Source of the DNA: an uncultured Sphingobacteriales bacterium
GTDB taxonomy: Bacteria > Bacteroidota > Bacteroidia > Cytophagales > 172606-1
Assembly: GCA_963520985.1 (NCBI GenBank)
Contig: CAUQTA010000004.1
Coordinates: 76,017-140,016 of the forward strand
Length of the DNA stretch: 64,000 nt
Direction of reading: 5' to 3'
Of this stretch, positions 1-9,279 are shown in pieces; position 1 is the stretch's first letter; every line of letters begins with the position of its first letter. A program made the position numbers and the translations under genes. Under the pieces are notes generated by a model. It saw only the letters and a program-made list of their open reading frames with translations, did not search any database and was not told where the DNA came from.

Positions 1-645
1 CTGCTTCATTACAACTGGCACTGGTTCTGGCACTATGGTACAGGGGAGGCCCTTAACAACGGAACCCATGAAATCGACGTGATGCGCTGGGGACTGGGGG
101 TGGAGTATCCGACCAAAGTGATTTCTTCGGGTGGCCGCTATGCGTTTGAGGATGACTGGCAAACCCCGGATACACAAACCATTACCGCTAACTTTGCCAA
201 CAACACGGCCCTAAGCTGGGAAGGGCGAAGCTGCAACGGGTTCTATTCGGAAGGCAGTGGAAGAGGGGTGGTCTTTTATGGCGAAAAAGGTACGCTGGTC
301 TATCCGGGTGGAAACGGTTACACAATCTATGACCCGAAGAACCAGTTGGTCAAAGAGGTGAAAGACGATACACCCTACGACCCGACCAATCCGGTAAGCC
401 CACTGGAAAAACTGGATGCTGACCATCTGACTAATTTTGTGAATGCCATTCGGGATGAGGCTAAACTGACAGCTGAAATTCTGACAGGCCACCAGTCTAC
501 CCTGATCGCACAACTGGGAAATATTGCTTACCGGGTGGGACGCACACTGAACTGTGATCCTAAAAACGGCCATATTCTCAATGACAAGGAGGCTATGCAG
601 CTTTGGGGACGGGAATACGACAAAAACTGGCAGGTGCGGGTATAG
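1..645 (+). CDS. Gfo/Idh/MocA family oxidoreductase, C-terminal part (5' end lies before the window)
   Basis: Frame is open from base 1 (LLHYNWHWFWHYGTGEALNNGTHEIDVMRWGLG...), typical of the C-terminal half of Bacteroidota Gfo/Idh/MocA proteins; stop at 645. Confidence 0.8.
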   Translation: MLHYNWHWFWHYGTGEALNNGTHEIDVMRWGLGVEYPTKVISSGGRYAFEDDWQTPDTQTITANFANNTALSWEGRSCNGFYSEGSGRGVVFYGEKGTLVYPGGNGYTIYDPKNQLVKEVKDDTPYDPTNPVSPLEKLDADHLTNFVNAIRDEAKLTAEILTGHQSTLIAQLGNIAYRVGRTLNCDPKNGHILNDKEAMQLWGREYDKNWQVRV

Positions 646-665
646 GTTGGCAAAGTGAATTATCG

Positions 666-702
666 GACTCAATGGCCTCGTATCAGGCCATTGAGTCATT
701 TT
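666..702 (+). terminator. Intrinsic terminator-like hairpin
   Basis: gactcaatggcct-cgtatc-aggccattgagtc (13-bp stem) followed by atttt, 20 bp after the stop codon. Confidence 0.65.
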
Positions 703-835
703 AACTGGGTGGCCTACAATGCCACGCTGTAACAATTTGATTCTGCCATGCTTCCGCAACGAATGATCAATACGGTTTTGCGACAATGACACTAAACTTT
801 TGATACAGCTGACTGGACCTATCAAATGGCACTTT

Positions 836-1004
836 ATGAGATTGTATGGAATTGATGGGTAGCAGTGTCTTTTGGCGAAAGTCTTCGCGCAAACTCACGG
901 CTTTTGTATTTGGATAGGGTTTTCCAACTGGAAAAACTGCTGTAAAGACGCGATGATCTCTGCAAGAAGACAGAGGAAATAGGATCTCTGAAGAAAGCAA
1001 ACCC
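836..1004. repeat. ~165-bp dispersed repeat, copy 1 (inverted relative to 2325-2490)
   Basis: Reverse complement aligns with 2325-2490; includes an exact 28-bp match (849-876 vs 2451-2478) and ends in a copy of the 28-bp motif. Confidence 0.85.
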
Positions 1005-1349
1005 CATTCCTCTGTGTAATCTGCAAGAAAATCGGGCACGCCGATTTACGCAGATAAAAAATAGTATCTCTACAAAAGGCAAAACCTGCCTGCTTGCTAA
1101 TCCTAAATCATCACTATTTACAAGCTGCCAACTTGTTTGTTAATAGTGCCGATTTTTTTGCCAGACTGATGTTGCCCCAACCGAAGCCGGAATCTTACAA
1201 CACGTTTTTATCGGCTTTGTCCGGACTCTCCCCAAGTGGTTATTTTTTACAAATTAGTGAAAAAACAAACCTACCCCTGACATACCATTGTCACAACCCG
1301 GTTTCATATTGCGGCTCAACTGTTATGTTTCACCTTTATTTTCTTGCTT

Positions 1350-2210
1350 ATGAACCTAATCACAGGAGGAACCGGCCAGGTCGGTTCGGCTTTAGCCAAT
1401 GCTCTTTTGGAGAAGGGCCAGCCGGTAACCATCATTTCCCGAAGCTCGAAAGCCGCTGGCAAGTGGCAAGCCCTTGGGGCACAGTGGGCCGTTGCCGATG
1501 TATATGATACACCGGCTTTGCATGAAATTTTCAAAACTGCCCAGTCGGTGTTTCTGCTCAATCCGCCTGCAGACCCGATGACAAATACATCGGTACAGGA
1601 GCGAAAAACGGCGTCGTCGTTAGTCGAAGCGTTGCGCGGAACGGACGTTAAAAAAGTGGTGGTGGCATCCACACTGGGCGCACAGCCTGGTGAGAACATG
1701 GGTGATCTGAGTGTGCTCTATGAACTGGAGCAAGCCGTTGCAACACTGCCTTGTCATTACAGCATTATCCGCTCGGCCTATTACCTGAGTAATTGGGCGG
1801 CTTCACTGGCAACTGCCAGAGAGAGCGGAGTTGTTTTCTCGTTTTTTCCGGCAGAGATGAAATTACCCATGGTAGCCCCGCAAGACATCGGTGAACTGGC
1901 GGCCTCGCTGATGATGGAAAACAATGCACCACGGTTAACTGCCATTCAAACACCTCAGATGTATTCAGCTACGGATGTTGCCTCAGTGTTTGCCCAAGTA
2001 CTCCAAAAGCCGGTGACTGTCAACGCAATACCCCGGGAGGCTTTAGTGGAAACGTTCCAGTTGCTGGGTTTTTCTCTGCCGGCAGCCGTGTCTTATGCGC
2101 GCATGACCGAACGAACCATTGATCATCCGGACATCCCTTCAGACTATGTGATGGGCAAAACCAGCTTGGAGGAGTATATCCGTGCTTTGGTAACAAAAGA
2201 AGACGTGTAA
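1350..2210 (+). CDS. NmrA-like / atypical SDR NAD(P)H-binding protein
   Basis: N-terminal Rossmann motif ITGGTGQVG; PMVAPQDIGELAA motif of NmrA-like SDRs; ATG at 1350 preferred over TTG at 1344. Confidence 0.85.
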   Translation: MNLITGGTGQVGSALANALLEKGQPVTIISRSSKAAGKWQALGAQWAVADVYDTPALHEIFKTAQSVFLLNPPADPMTNTSVQERKTASSLVEALRGTDVKKVVVASTLGAQPGENMGDLSVLYELEQAVATLPCHYSIIRSAYYLSNWAASLATARESGVVFSFFPAEMKLPMVAPQDIGELAASLMMENNAPRLTAIQTPQMYSATDVASVFAQVLQKPVTVNAIPREALVETFQLLGFSLPAAVSYARMTERTIDHPDIPSDYVMGKTSLEEYIRALVTKEDV

Positions 2211-2324
2211 AAGAGTCTACTAAAAAATGAATCTAGGGTAATGGATAAGCGATAGTCTGTTAATTACGGCAGAAAGGTTTTCCTCTCTAAGAGACTGTGA
2301 CTGTTTAGGATTAGTATGGAGTTA

Positions 2325-2490
2325 GGTTTTGCCTCTGGAAAAGATACTATTTTTGTCTTCCCGTAGCGATCTTCGCGCATTTACAGTGGTATTCCCCATT
2401 GGAAAAAATGCATCCGATAGTGAAAACTCTGAGTTTGCGCGAAGATTTTTGCCAAAAGACACTGCTACCCATCAATTCAAAACCATCTCA
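2325..2490. repeat. ~165-bp dispersed repeat, copy 2 (inverted relative to 836-1004)
   Basis: See copy 1; starts with the 28-bp motif at 2325-2352. Confidence 0.85.
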
Positions 2491-2959
2491 CTGCCTGAAA
2501 ATGGAATTTGAATGGGTTGATTTTAGAAAAATAGTATTTTTTCAATCCTGAAACCTGCCTGAATAGCTAAAAATACAGGCAGGTCTTTTTCAATTCTGGC
2601 ACCAAAACTAGAATTAACCCATGTTTAAACGATCTCTGAGAGGCTCTGAAAATAAAAGCAACTATTTTCGTGAGGCGATCCTGCTGGAATGGGACACGTT
2701 TTTAGCCGAAAGGCAGGTTTTGAGCTTTTAAAACATACTATTTTTATTCTTAAAAACGACTGGATAAAATTTCAGACCGCCTCCAGGAGGCAAAACCTTT
2801 TCGGATGCGAAGTGTGCAGAATCATAATCGGCCGGGACGACCGTTTTGAAAAATACTGGTTTTCAGGGATTGATTCGGCTTGCTTGCGGCTGTAGTTTTG
2901 TTAGGTGGATGATTGCCTTGTTCAATCATTTTTTTGACAAACCCTAACAGCTAAATTGT

Positions 2960-3388
2960 ATGAGAAAATACCTGATTTGTCTTTACCTGTTCTTTGTGAT
3001 GGGATATAGCAATGCCCAGCAAGCTGCTTTGCAAGCAGGAAACAAGGTTTTTGTAGCGAATAATTCTAAAAATGAAAATGCAATCAATACAGCTCAGCAG
3101 TTGCAGGAAGAGCTTAAAGAGTGGGGATACTGGCAACTGGTAGGCAAGAAGGAAGATGCCGACTTTCAAATCAGTCTCGATATTACAGCCTCTAAGGGTA
3201 TCACGTTAACCTCCTGGGGCGGGACTTCTTATACGCTGGTTGCGAAACTGCTCGATTCGAAGGGAGACGTAATGTGGGAATCGAATGCCTATAAATCAAG
3301 CCCGAATGGCACCAACGGATTCAATTCAGGTAAGGCGGTAGTAAACAAACTGATACGCGACCTGAAAGGCAAGTTTGAGAAAAAGTAG
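2960..3388 (+). CDS. Hypothetical secreted protein
   Basis: 142-aa ORF with a Sec signal peptide (MRKYLICLYLFFVMGYSNA-Q). Confidence 0.7.
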   Translation: MRKYLICLYLFFVMGYSNAQQAALQAGNKVFVANNSKNENAINTAQQLQEELKEWGYWQLVGKKEDADFQISLDITASKGITLTSWGGTSYTLVAKLLDSKGDVMWESNAYKSSPNGTNGFNSGKAVVNKLIRDLKGKFEKK

Positions 3389-3482
3389 CTGTGCGTTGAT
3401 TTAAACAAGAGCAGGCATTTACCGCTTATCAATAGAATGGAGCAATGGCCGGTTTTTGCTTTTTAAAGCATACCATTTTAGC

Positions 3483-3536
3483 AGGCTTTTAAGCATCCGT
3501 TGGATCCTCTCCGATTGGCAATCGGAGCTACTAAGA
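3483..3536 (-). repeat. REP-like palindromic repeat with GTAG end, copy 1
   Basis: Palindrome ctccgattggcaatcggag followed by ctac (GTAG on the minus strand); matches the reverse complement of 39203-39255. Confidence 0.75.
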
Positions 3537-3665
3537 AGAACCACATTCTAAATTCCTACGCATTTGTTCTTCTCCATGACGGAGGTTTTATTTGGATACA
3601 AACCTTATAACTCACAACTTGAATCGCTTAGTTAAGCAAGACCACTGTACACTTTACTTGCCACT

Positions 3666-3710
3666 AAACAAAAAAGCCTGTAAACTCTATTTTACAGGCT
3701 TTTTTGTTTT
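3666..3710 (-). terminator. Intrinsic terminator downstream of tRNA-Cys
   Basis: aaacaaaaaagcctgtaaa-ctctat-tttacaggcttttttgttt inverted repeat with A/T tails. Confidence 0.8.
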
Positions 3711-3719
3711 TAGTAGTAG

Positions 3720-3790
3720 AGGTCCCGAGCGGATTCGAACCGCTGTACGAGCTTTTGCAGAGCTCTGCCTAGCCACTCGGCCACAGGACC
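3720..3790 (-). tRNA. tRNA-Cys (GCA)
   Basis: Minus strand reads GGTCCTGTGGCCGAGTGGCTAGGCAGAGCTCTGCAAAAGCTCGTACAGCGGTTCGAATCCGCTCGGGACCT; cloverleaf, anticodon GCA, GGTTCGAATC T-loop, U discriminator; CCA not encoded. Confidence 0.96.
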
Positions 3791-3804
3791 ATTTTTTGGT
3801 GATG

Positions 3805-3835
3805 CAAAATTAGGAATAATTGTAGATTTTCCAAA
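3805..3835 (-). promoter_or_regulatory. Bacteroidota housekeeping sigma promoter for tRNA-Cys
   Basis: Minus strand TTTG-N19-TAATTTTG matches the -33/-7 consensus TTTG/TAnnTTTG. Confidence 0.75.
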
Positions 3836-3889
3836 TCTATTCGCCAACTCTCGTCTTCTTTTTATGTAAAATAGTATTCTAATAAATGA

Positions 3890-3924
3890 AAAAACCTGCC
3901 AGATGCAGAATCTGACAGGTTTTT
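3890..3924 (-). terminator. Terminator of rpsA
   Basis: aaaaacctgccagat-gcaga-atctgacaggttttt hairpin just past the rpsA stop; left arm overlaps the motif at 3869-3896. Confidence 0.75.
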
Positions 3925-3953
3925 GAGAATATAAATTTAAGAAGAAAGAAAGA

Positions 3954-5720
3954 TTATTTCTTGCCTGAATTCAACTGTTCTTTCAACGCAGCCAGTGCTT
4001 CGTTGTCTCCCAATGTCTCAGGTTTGTCTTCGTCTTTGGTTTCTGCTTTTACTGCTTTTTTCTTCGCTGGTTTTTCAGCTTCGTCGGCAGGTTCTGCATA
4101 TACTTTGCTGTGCGATACCACGATGCGTTTCTCATCTTTGTGGAATTCAGTTACTTTGAAATCCAGTGATTCGCCTACTTCAGCCATAGAACCGTCTTCT
4201 TTCGCCAGGTTTTTCAACATGGCGGTTCCTTCAATGCCATAAGGCAATTCGATGGTAGCACCTTTGTCGTTTTTCGAAATCACAGTACCCCGATGAGTAG
4301 AACCTACATAGAATACAGTTTCAAAGGTATCCCATGGGTTTTCTTCCAGTTGTTTGTGACCCAAAGCCAAACGACGGCTATCGGCATCAATTTCCAGAAC
4401 CACAACATCAATCTCTTCGCTCACTTTGGTGAATTCAGATGGATGTTTGATTTTCTTAGTCCAGCTCAGGTCAGACACGTGTACCAGACCGTCAATGCCT
4501 TCTTCCAGTTCTACGAACAAGCCGAAGTTAGTCAAGTTGCGTACAATGCCTTTGTGCTGAGTTCCCGGAGCGTATTTGTTCAATAACGCAGGGTTAGTCC
4601 AAGGATCTTCAGTCAGTTGTTTGATACCCAGTGACATTTTGCGTTCGTCACGGTCAAGTGTCAATACAACGGCATCGATTTCGTCACCGATTTTCACAAA
4701 CTCCTGAGGGTTACGCAGGTGTTGTGACCATGACATTTCAGATACGTGAATCAGACCTTCTACACCCGGCATCAGTTCCAGGAATGCACCGTAGTCCGCT
4801 ACGTTCACGATTTTGCCGCGAACTTTAGAGCCTACCTGTACTTCTACTGGCAATGAATCCCATGGGTGAGCAGTCAGTTGCTTCATGCCCAGAGAAATGC
4901 GTTTTTTGTCTTCGTCGAAGTCCAGTACTACAATCGTTACTTTGTCGTCCAGTTTCAGAACTTCTTCCGGATGAGTTACGCGGCCCCAGGAAATATCCGT
5001 GATGTGCAACAGACCATCTACACCACCCAAGTCGATGAACACACCGAAGTTGGTAATGTTTTTCACCACACCTTCCAGTACCTGACCTTTTTCGAGGTTG
5101 GTGAGGATTACCTGGCGTTGGTTTTCAAGGTCTTTCTCAATCAACACTTTGTGAGAAACGACTACGTTGTCATTGGCGTAGTTGATTTTCACTACTTTCA
5201 CTTCCATTTTCTTACCTACGTAGATATCGAAATCGCGGATAGGTTTCACGTCGATTTGAGAACCCGGCAAGAAAGCTTCGATACTGAAAATATCTACGAT
5301 CAGACCACCTTTGGTACGGCGTTTTACAAAAGCTTCGATCACCAGATCCTGATCCAGGGCCTTCTGAATGTTGTCCCATGCAGTAAGGATTTTAGCCTTC
5401 TTGCGGGAAAGAATCAGCTGACCGTTCGGATCTTCCTGGTTTTCAACAAATACGTCGATAACGTCGCCTACTTTCAGGTTTGGATTATCGCGAAACTCGG
5501 ACAAAGGAACCAAACCGTCTGATTTGAAACCAATGTTTACAATTACATCTCTTTCCGAAATGCCTACCACTGTGCCTTTCACCACTTCTTTTTCGGCTAC
5601 TTCCGTAAGGGTGCCTTCAATGAGGGCTTCCATTTCGGCTCTTTCGGCAGCCGAGTAGCCACTACCAAGACCTTTGGTGGTTACCTTGTCCCAGTCAAAA
5701 TTGTCAGGAGATTTACTCAT
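3954..5720 (-). CDS. rpsA: 30S ribosomal protein S1
   Basis: 588 aa with six S1 repeats (AFLPGSQID, GVDGLLHITDISW, GVEGLIHVSEMSW, GIDGLVHVSDLSW). Confidence 0.98.
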   Translation of the reverse strand: MSKSPDNFDWDKVTTKGLGSGYSAAERAEMEALIEGTLTEVAEKEVVKGTVVGISERDVIVNIGFKSDGLVPLSEFRDNPNLKVGDVIDVFVENQEDPNGQLILSRKKAKILTAWDNIQKALDQDLVIEAFVKRRTKGGLIVDIFSIEAFLPGSQIDVKPIRDFDIYVGKKMEVKVVKINYANDNVVVSHKVLIEKDLENQRQVILTNLEKGQVLEGVVKNITNFGVFIDLGGVDGLLHITDISWGRVTHPEEVLKLDDKVTIVVLDFDEDKKRISLGMKQLTAHPWDSLPVEVQVGSKVRGKIVNVADYGAFLELMPGVEGLIHVSEMSWSQHLRNPQEFVKIGDEIDAVVLTLDRDERKMSLGIKQLTEDPWTNPALLNKYAPGTQHKGIVRNLTNFGLFVELEEGIDGLVHVSDLSWTKKIKHPSEFTKVSEEIDVVVLEIDADSRRLALGHKQLEENPWDTFETVFYVGSTHRGTVISKNDKGATIELPYGIEGTAMLKNLAKEDGSMAEVGESLDFKVTEFHKDEKRIVVSHSKVYAEPADEAEKPAKKKAVKAETKDEDKPETLGDNEALAALKEQLNSGKK

Positions 5721-5825
5721 AATAGTTTGTGGATGACCCTGTTATACATCAGTCTGTGGGTCGGGCAGGCTGAACTTTGGTGAAAAATAAAAGCCCGGAT
5801 CCTTCGGGCGAAGTGAAACGGGCTG

Positions 5826-5857
5826 CAAAGATACAAATATCTTTCTTTTATCTCAAA
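5826..5857 (-). promoter_or_regulatory. Housekeeping promoter of rpsA
   Basis: Minus strand TTTG-N20-TATCTTTG; the -33 element lies in the last codons of the upstream gene. Confidence 0.65.
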
Positions 5858-6909
5858 GGATTATTTTTATGAGAAGATACTACATTATCTAACTGTTTAT
5901 TGAACTGTTCAAGCCAAAGATAAAATCCATCTTGATTCCAATGTGAATCTGACTTACTGTAGAGTTCCAAGTGTGATTTTTTAAATGGTTTATATATGTC
6001 AATGACTCTCATTTTTAAGTTTGGATTATTTTGTATTGCAGGAATAAGGTTATTATATGTTCCCCTTCCCGAATCAACTATAGTAACAGGATTAGGAATG
6101 ATAGACAAATATACTTCATCAAATCCTACAGATTTGGCTTTTATAGTGATGGCATTTAGCGTATTTATATATTGTTCTATTTCTAAAGAGGATAGTTTGT
6201 AAAAAGAACTGGTACGGGATGTATTATCTGTTGTCTCAGTCAGTAATAAATAGTCTTTGTCATTAGATATCTCAACTTTTGCATTTAATCTATCAAATAG
6301 ATTATAAATAGCAGTTGCTTTTAGTTCTTTAAATAAATTGCAAAAAGCATAATCAAAAAGACAATTTTCCAGATTAGCTTCAATTTGTTTGTTAAAAATC
6401 TGATCAAGAAATTTGCTAGGTCTTATTATATTTTTTCTACTCATAGCTTTCTTTAAGACGACTGATGTATCAGAAAATCGCTGTAGAAAATATCTCTCTA
6501 CGGTTTCGAACAGCAAGATATTGATATTTCTTGTATCCGATTTTAAATCAAAAAATACACTTTCCATACCCCATTGAGTATCATGATATGAGTTAAGATG
6601 ACTAAAGAGAGAGTCATTTGTTATAAAGTCCTTACCTAGGTAACTGTCTTTGACCAGAAATAAGTTAACAATTTTAGTGGAAGGATTTTTATTAAAAGGT
6701 ACAGTTCTTGGTCTAATAGGTTCTTGTAGTTTGAATTTTGGCAGGTATGCCAATCCATAAAGATCACCATATATATATTTTTGAGATTGGAGCAAACCAT
6801 CATTTTTATATTGGTAATATAAGACCTCCATCTTTTCTGTAGAAGAAGCTATAATTAAAATGCACAAGAAAAGCAACGAAAAAAGAAATAATATTACTTT
6901 GATTATCAT
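5848..6909 (-). CDS. AlgJ/AlgX-like periplasmic O-acyltransferase partner (SGNH-like)
   Basis: N-terminal anchor; KDSY and SDSHWN (DxH) motifs; ATG at 6909 overlaps the MBOAT stop (TAATG); very AT-rich. Confidence 0.6.
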   Translation of the reverse strand: MIIKVILFLFSLLFLCILIIASSTEKMEVLYYQYKNDGLLQSQKYIYGDLYGLAYLPKFKLQEPIRPRTVPFNKNPSTKIVNLFLVKDSYLGKDFITNDSLFSHLNSYHDTQWGMESVFFDLKSDTRNINILLFETVERYFLQRFSDTSVVLKKAMSRKNIIRPSKFLDQIFNKQIEANLENCLFDYAFCNLFKELKATAIYNLFDRLNAKVEISNDKDYLLLTETTDNTSRTSSFYKLSSLEIEQYINTLNAITIKAKSVGFDEVYLSIIPNPVTIVDSGRGTYNNLIPAIQNNPNLKMRVIDIYKPFKKSHLELYSKSDSHWNQDGFYLWLEQFNKQLDNVVSSHKNNPLR

Positions 6910-8306
6910 TAGAACTGAAAATAGATAAATTGTTTGTTGCTGAATACTCCAAACACATAACAACATAGTATAATTAATAAGAAAGAAATAAAGAATATAT
7001 AGTTGTTTTTGAGATTAAAAAGTGGATATTTTCCTTCTTTGATAAGTATGATTGTAATTGCTACTAGTGTAAATATAATTTCTATTGAATTAATGTTTGT
7101 TATTGGATCGTCATAAATAGAAAGTCGTAAAATCTTCAAAATGATTTGTGCGGCAAAATCAATGCTGGGAGATCTAAAGAAAATCCAGGCAAATGTGACT
7201 ACCCCAAATATGCCTGTTATTTTTAGAATTTTTATAATGAAATGATTGTCTACTACCTGATATCTTTTTCTGAAAAATGATTCAATGATTAACAAAGTTC
7301 CATGTATGCATCCCCAGGCGATAAAAGTCCAGCTAGCACCATGCCATAATCCACTGATAAAGAAAGTAATAAAAAGATTAAATGCAGCTCTATGTGGAGA
7401 TACTCTGTTTCCTCCCAGTGGGATATATAAATAATCTCGAAACCAAGTTGAGAGTGAAATATGCCACCGTCTCCAGAACTCAGAGAGGGAAGTAGATAGA
7501 TAAGGAGAATCAAAATTTTTCATTAAGTGAAATCCCATTGTTCTTGAAGCTCCAATTGCAATATCAGAATAGCCCGAGAAGTCACAATAAATCTGGAATG
7601 AATACAAACAAGAAACCAATAAAAAACTCAAACCTGTTTGCTGATCCGGATTTTCGTAAGCATAGTCAACTACTAATGCAATTCGATCTGCAATAACGAC
7701 CTTCTTTAATAATCCCCAACACATTTGTAATAGGCCACTTTTGAATTCTTCAATATTGAAAAATTTCTTTTCATGAAATTGATATAATACATTCTGAGGT
7801 CTCTCGATAGGTCCTGCAACAAGTTGGGGGTAGAACATGACATACAAGGCATAAATTCCAAAATGTTTTTCTGCTTTTTGATTGCCACGATAAACTTCTA
7901 TTGTGTAACTCATGGCTTGGAATGTATGGAAAGATAACCCTATTGGAAGAACTATTTGGAGATAATCAAAAGGAGAAGAAGAATGGAATACATATAATAG
8001 TGTATCCAGATTAAAGTTTAAAAAATTGTAATACTTAAAAAATACCAATACGCCAATATTAGCAACCAGGCTCAAAATTAGAAAATACTTTCTTGATTTT
8101 CCTGAGAATTTTTCAAGGTAAATGCCTGCAAGATAATCGACGACAATGGTGACTCCAAGGATTAGAATATATCTTGGCACAAATGTCATATAAAAATAAC
8201 AACTTGCTGCCAAAAGCAAGAACCACCGTAATTTATGAGGAAGAAGAAAATACCATATAGTTACAATAATAAAAAACACTAAGAATTGTAAAGAATTAAA
8301 TACCAT
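6909..8306 (-). CDS. MBOAT family O-acyltransferase (AlgI/PatA/DltB-like)
   Basis: LPIGLSFHTFQ, FYPQLVAGPIER, QIYCDFSGYSDIAIG, EFWRRWHISLS and SGLWHGA motifs. Confidence 0.95.
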   Translation of the reverse strand: MVFNSLQFLVFFIIVTIWYFLLPHKLRWFLLLAASCYFYMTFVPRYILILGVTIVVDYLAGIYLEKFSGKSRKYFLILSLVANIGVLVFFKYYNFLNFNLDTLLYVFHSSSPFDYLQIVLPIGLSFHTFQAMSYTIEVYRGNQKAEKHFGIYALYVMFYPQLVAGPIERPQNVLYQFHEKKFFNIEEFKSGLLQMCWGLLKKVVIADRIALVVDYAYENPDQQTGLSFLLVSCLYSFQIYCDFSGYSDIAIGASRTMGFHLMKNFDSPYLSTSLSEFWRRWHISLSTWFRDYLYIPLGGNRVSPHRAAFNLFITFFISGLWHGASWTFIAWGCIHGTLLIIESFFRKRYQVVDNHFIIKILKITGIFGVVTFAWIFFRSPSIDFAAQIILKILRLSIYDDPITNINSIEIIFTLVAITIILIKEGKYPLFNLKNNYIFFISFLLIILCCYVFGVFSNKQFIYFQF

Positions 8307-8475
8307 TTTGATATAAAAAATATGAAGTATCTGCTATAATTTTAACTCGCTAAAATATAGCAGGTAAAATGAAATTGCAGGTCTTTGTAGAAAAACCTGA
8401 AAAAAATATCGTATACTAATAATAAAAATTAAGAATCAGATAGTTATATGGGGAGAAAATATTAAGTAGTTGTAA

Positions 8476-8652
8476 TGTAGGCTTCCCAATAAAGTGAGCC
8501 AGTGAAAAATAAAGAAAAAGCATTATCTTCACTTTAAATCACTGGATACATGAAAAAGACGCGTTTCACCGAATCTCAAATTATTTCTATTCTCAAGCAG
8601 CAGGAACAAGGGCATACCGTTGCTCAAATAGCCAGAGAATATGGCATAACGC
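8476..8652 (+). mobile_element. IS3-family remnant (probable left end plus truncated OrfA)
   Basis: ATG at 8550 gives MKKTRFTESQIISILKQQEQGHTVAQIAREYGIT, the typical start of an IS3-family OrfA; similarity stops at about 8652; the left boundary is approximate. Confidence 0.75.
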
Positions 8653-8667
8653 TCTTTGAAACCTTTC

Positions 8668-9030
8668 AAACGTTATGCAAAACAGGTTCCAGGTTATCGA
8701 ATCCAGATGGAGTTCCTTACCTTTAGAAATACTCAAGGCCAGAAAGTAAGGATATATCAGTATATAGCTATTGGCATCGCAAAGTCGATACTTCAACCCG
8801 AGCCCGTGCTTTAAAAATCTATGACAAACATACCCAGACTTCTGACATCGACTTTGTCGATTATGTAAGGGAGAGATTTTCTTTTCGGATTTAAAGGATC
8901 CTATCAGATCCGTATTCAGACGGACAATGGCCATGAGTTCCAGGCAAAATTCCACTGGCATTGTGTGGATATGGGTATACCAGCTTTGCGAAGTTAACAT
9001 GTATTTGTCAAACCTGCCAGTCCACACAAA
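8668..9030 (+). pseudogene. IS481-family transposase fragment (frameshifted integrase core)
   Basis: Fragments in shifting frames: KRYAKQVPGYRIQM, RALKIYDKHTQ, DFVDYVRERFSFRI, IQTDNGHEFQAKFHWHCVDMGI, VFVKPASPH. Confidence 0.8.
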
Positions 9031-9279
9031 AGCGGAGGATCTGAAAAAAATAAGCTTTCTTTGTTTTGCCAACCCTGGTTAAGGGACACACATGTGCCAA
9101 CAAGTCAAAACCTACGGACGCGTACATAGTTACAAACTTCACAAATCATTCTTACAAATTGTAGTTTAAAATCCGCTAACTTAGCAACGCTTACCATACG
9201 AAGGTAAATGCCTTAATTAATTCATTTAGTTTGCTAACCACTTATTTAACTACTTTTTTACATTAACTGCCTTAGCCCT

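Noticed and set aside
767..1340. Short ORFs 767-1039, 834-1082 and 1094-1507, plus 2329-2511 and 2689-2895
   Set aside because: They run through the non-coding repeats; their shared peptide (EFARR..PKDTATHQF) only reflects the DNA repeat
3720..3790. tRNA-Cys as an integration site of a genomic island or prophage
   Set aside because: No duplicated tRNA 3' end and no integrase found in the window
3592..3813. 73-aa plus-strand ORF
   Set aside because: Overlaps the tRNA-Cys gene and its terminator
8593..9072. 159-aa minus-strand ORF
   Set aside because: Antisense shadow of the plus-strand transposase remnants
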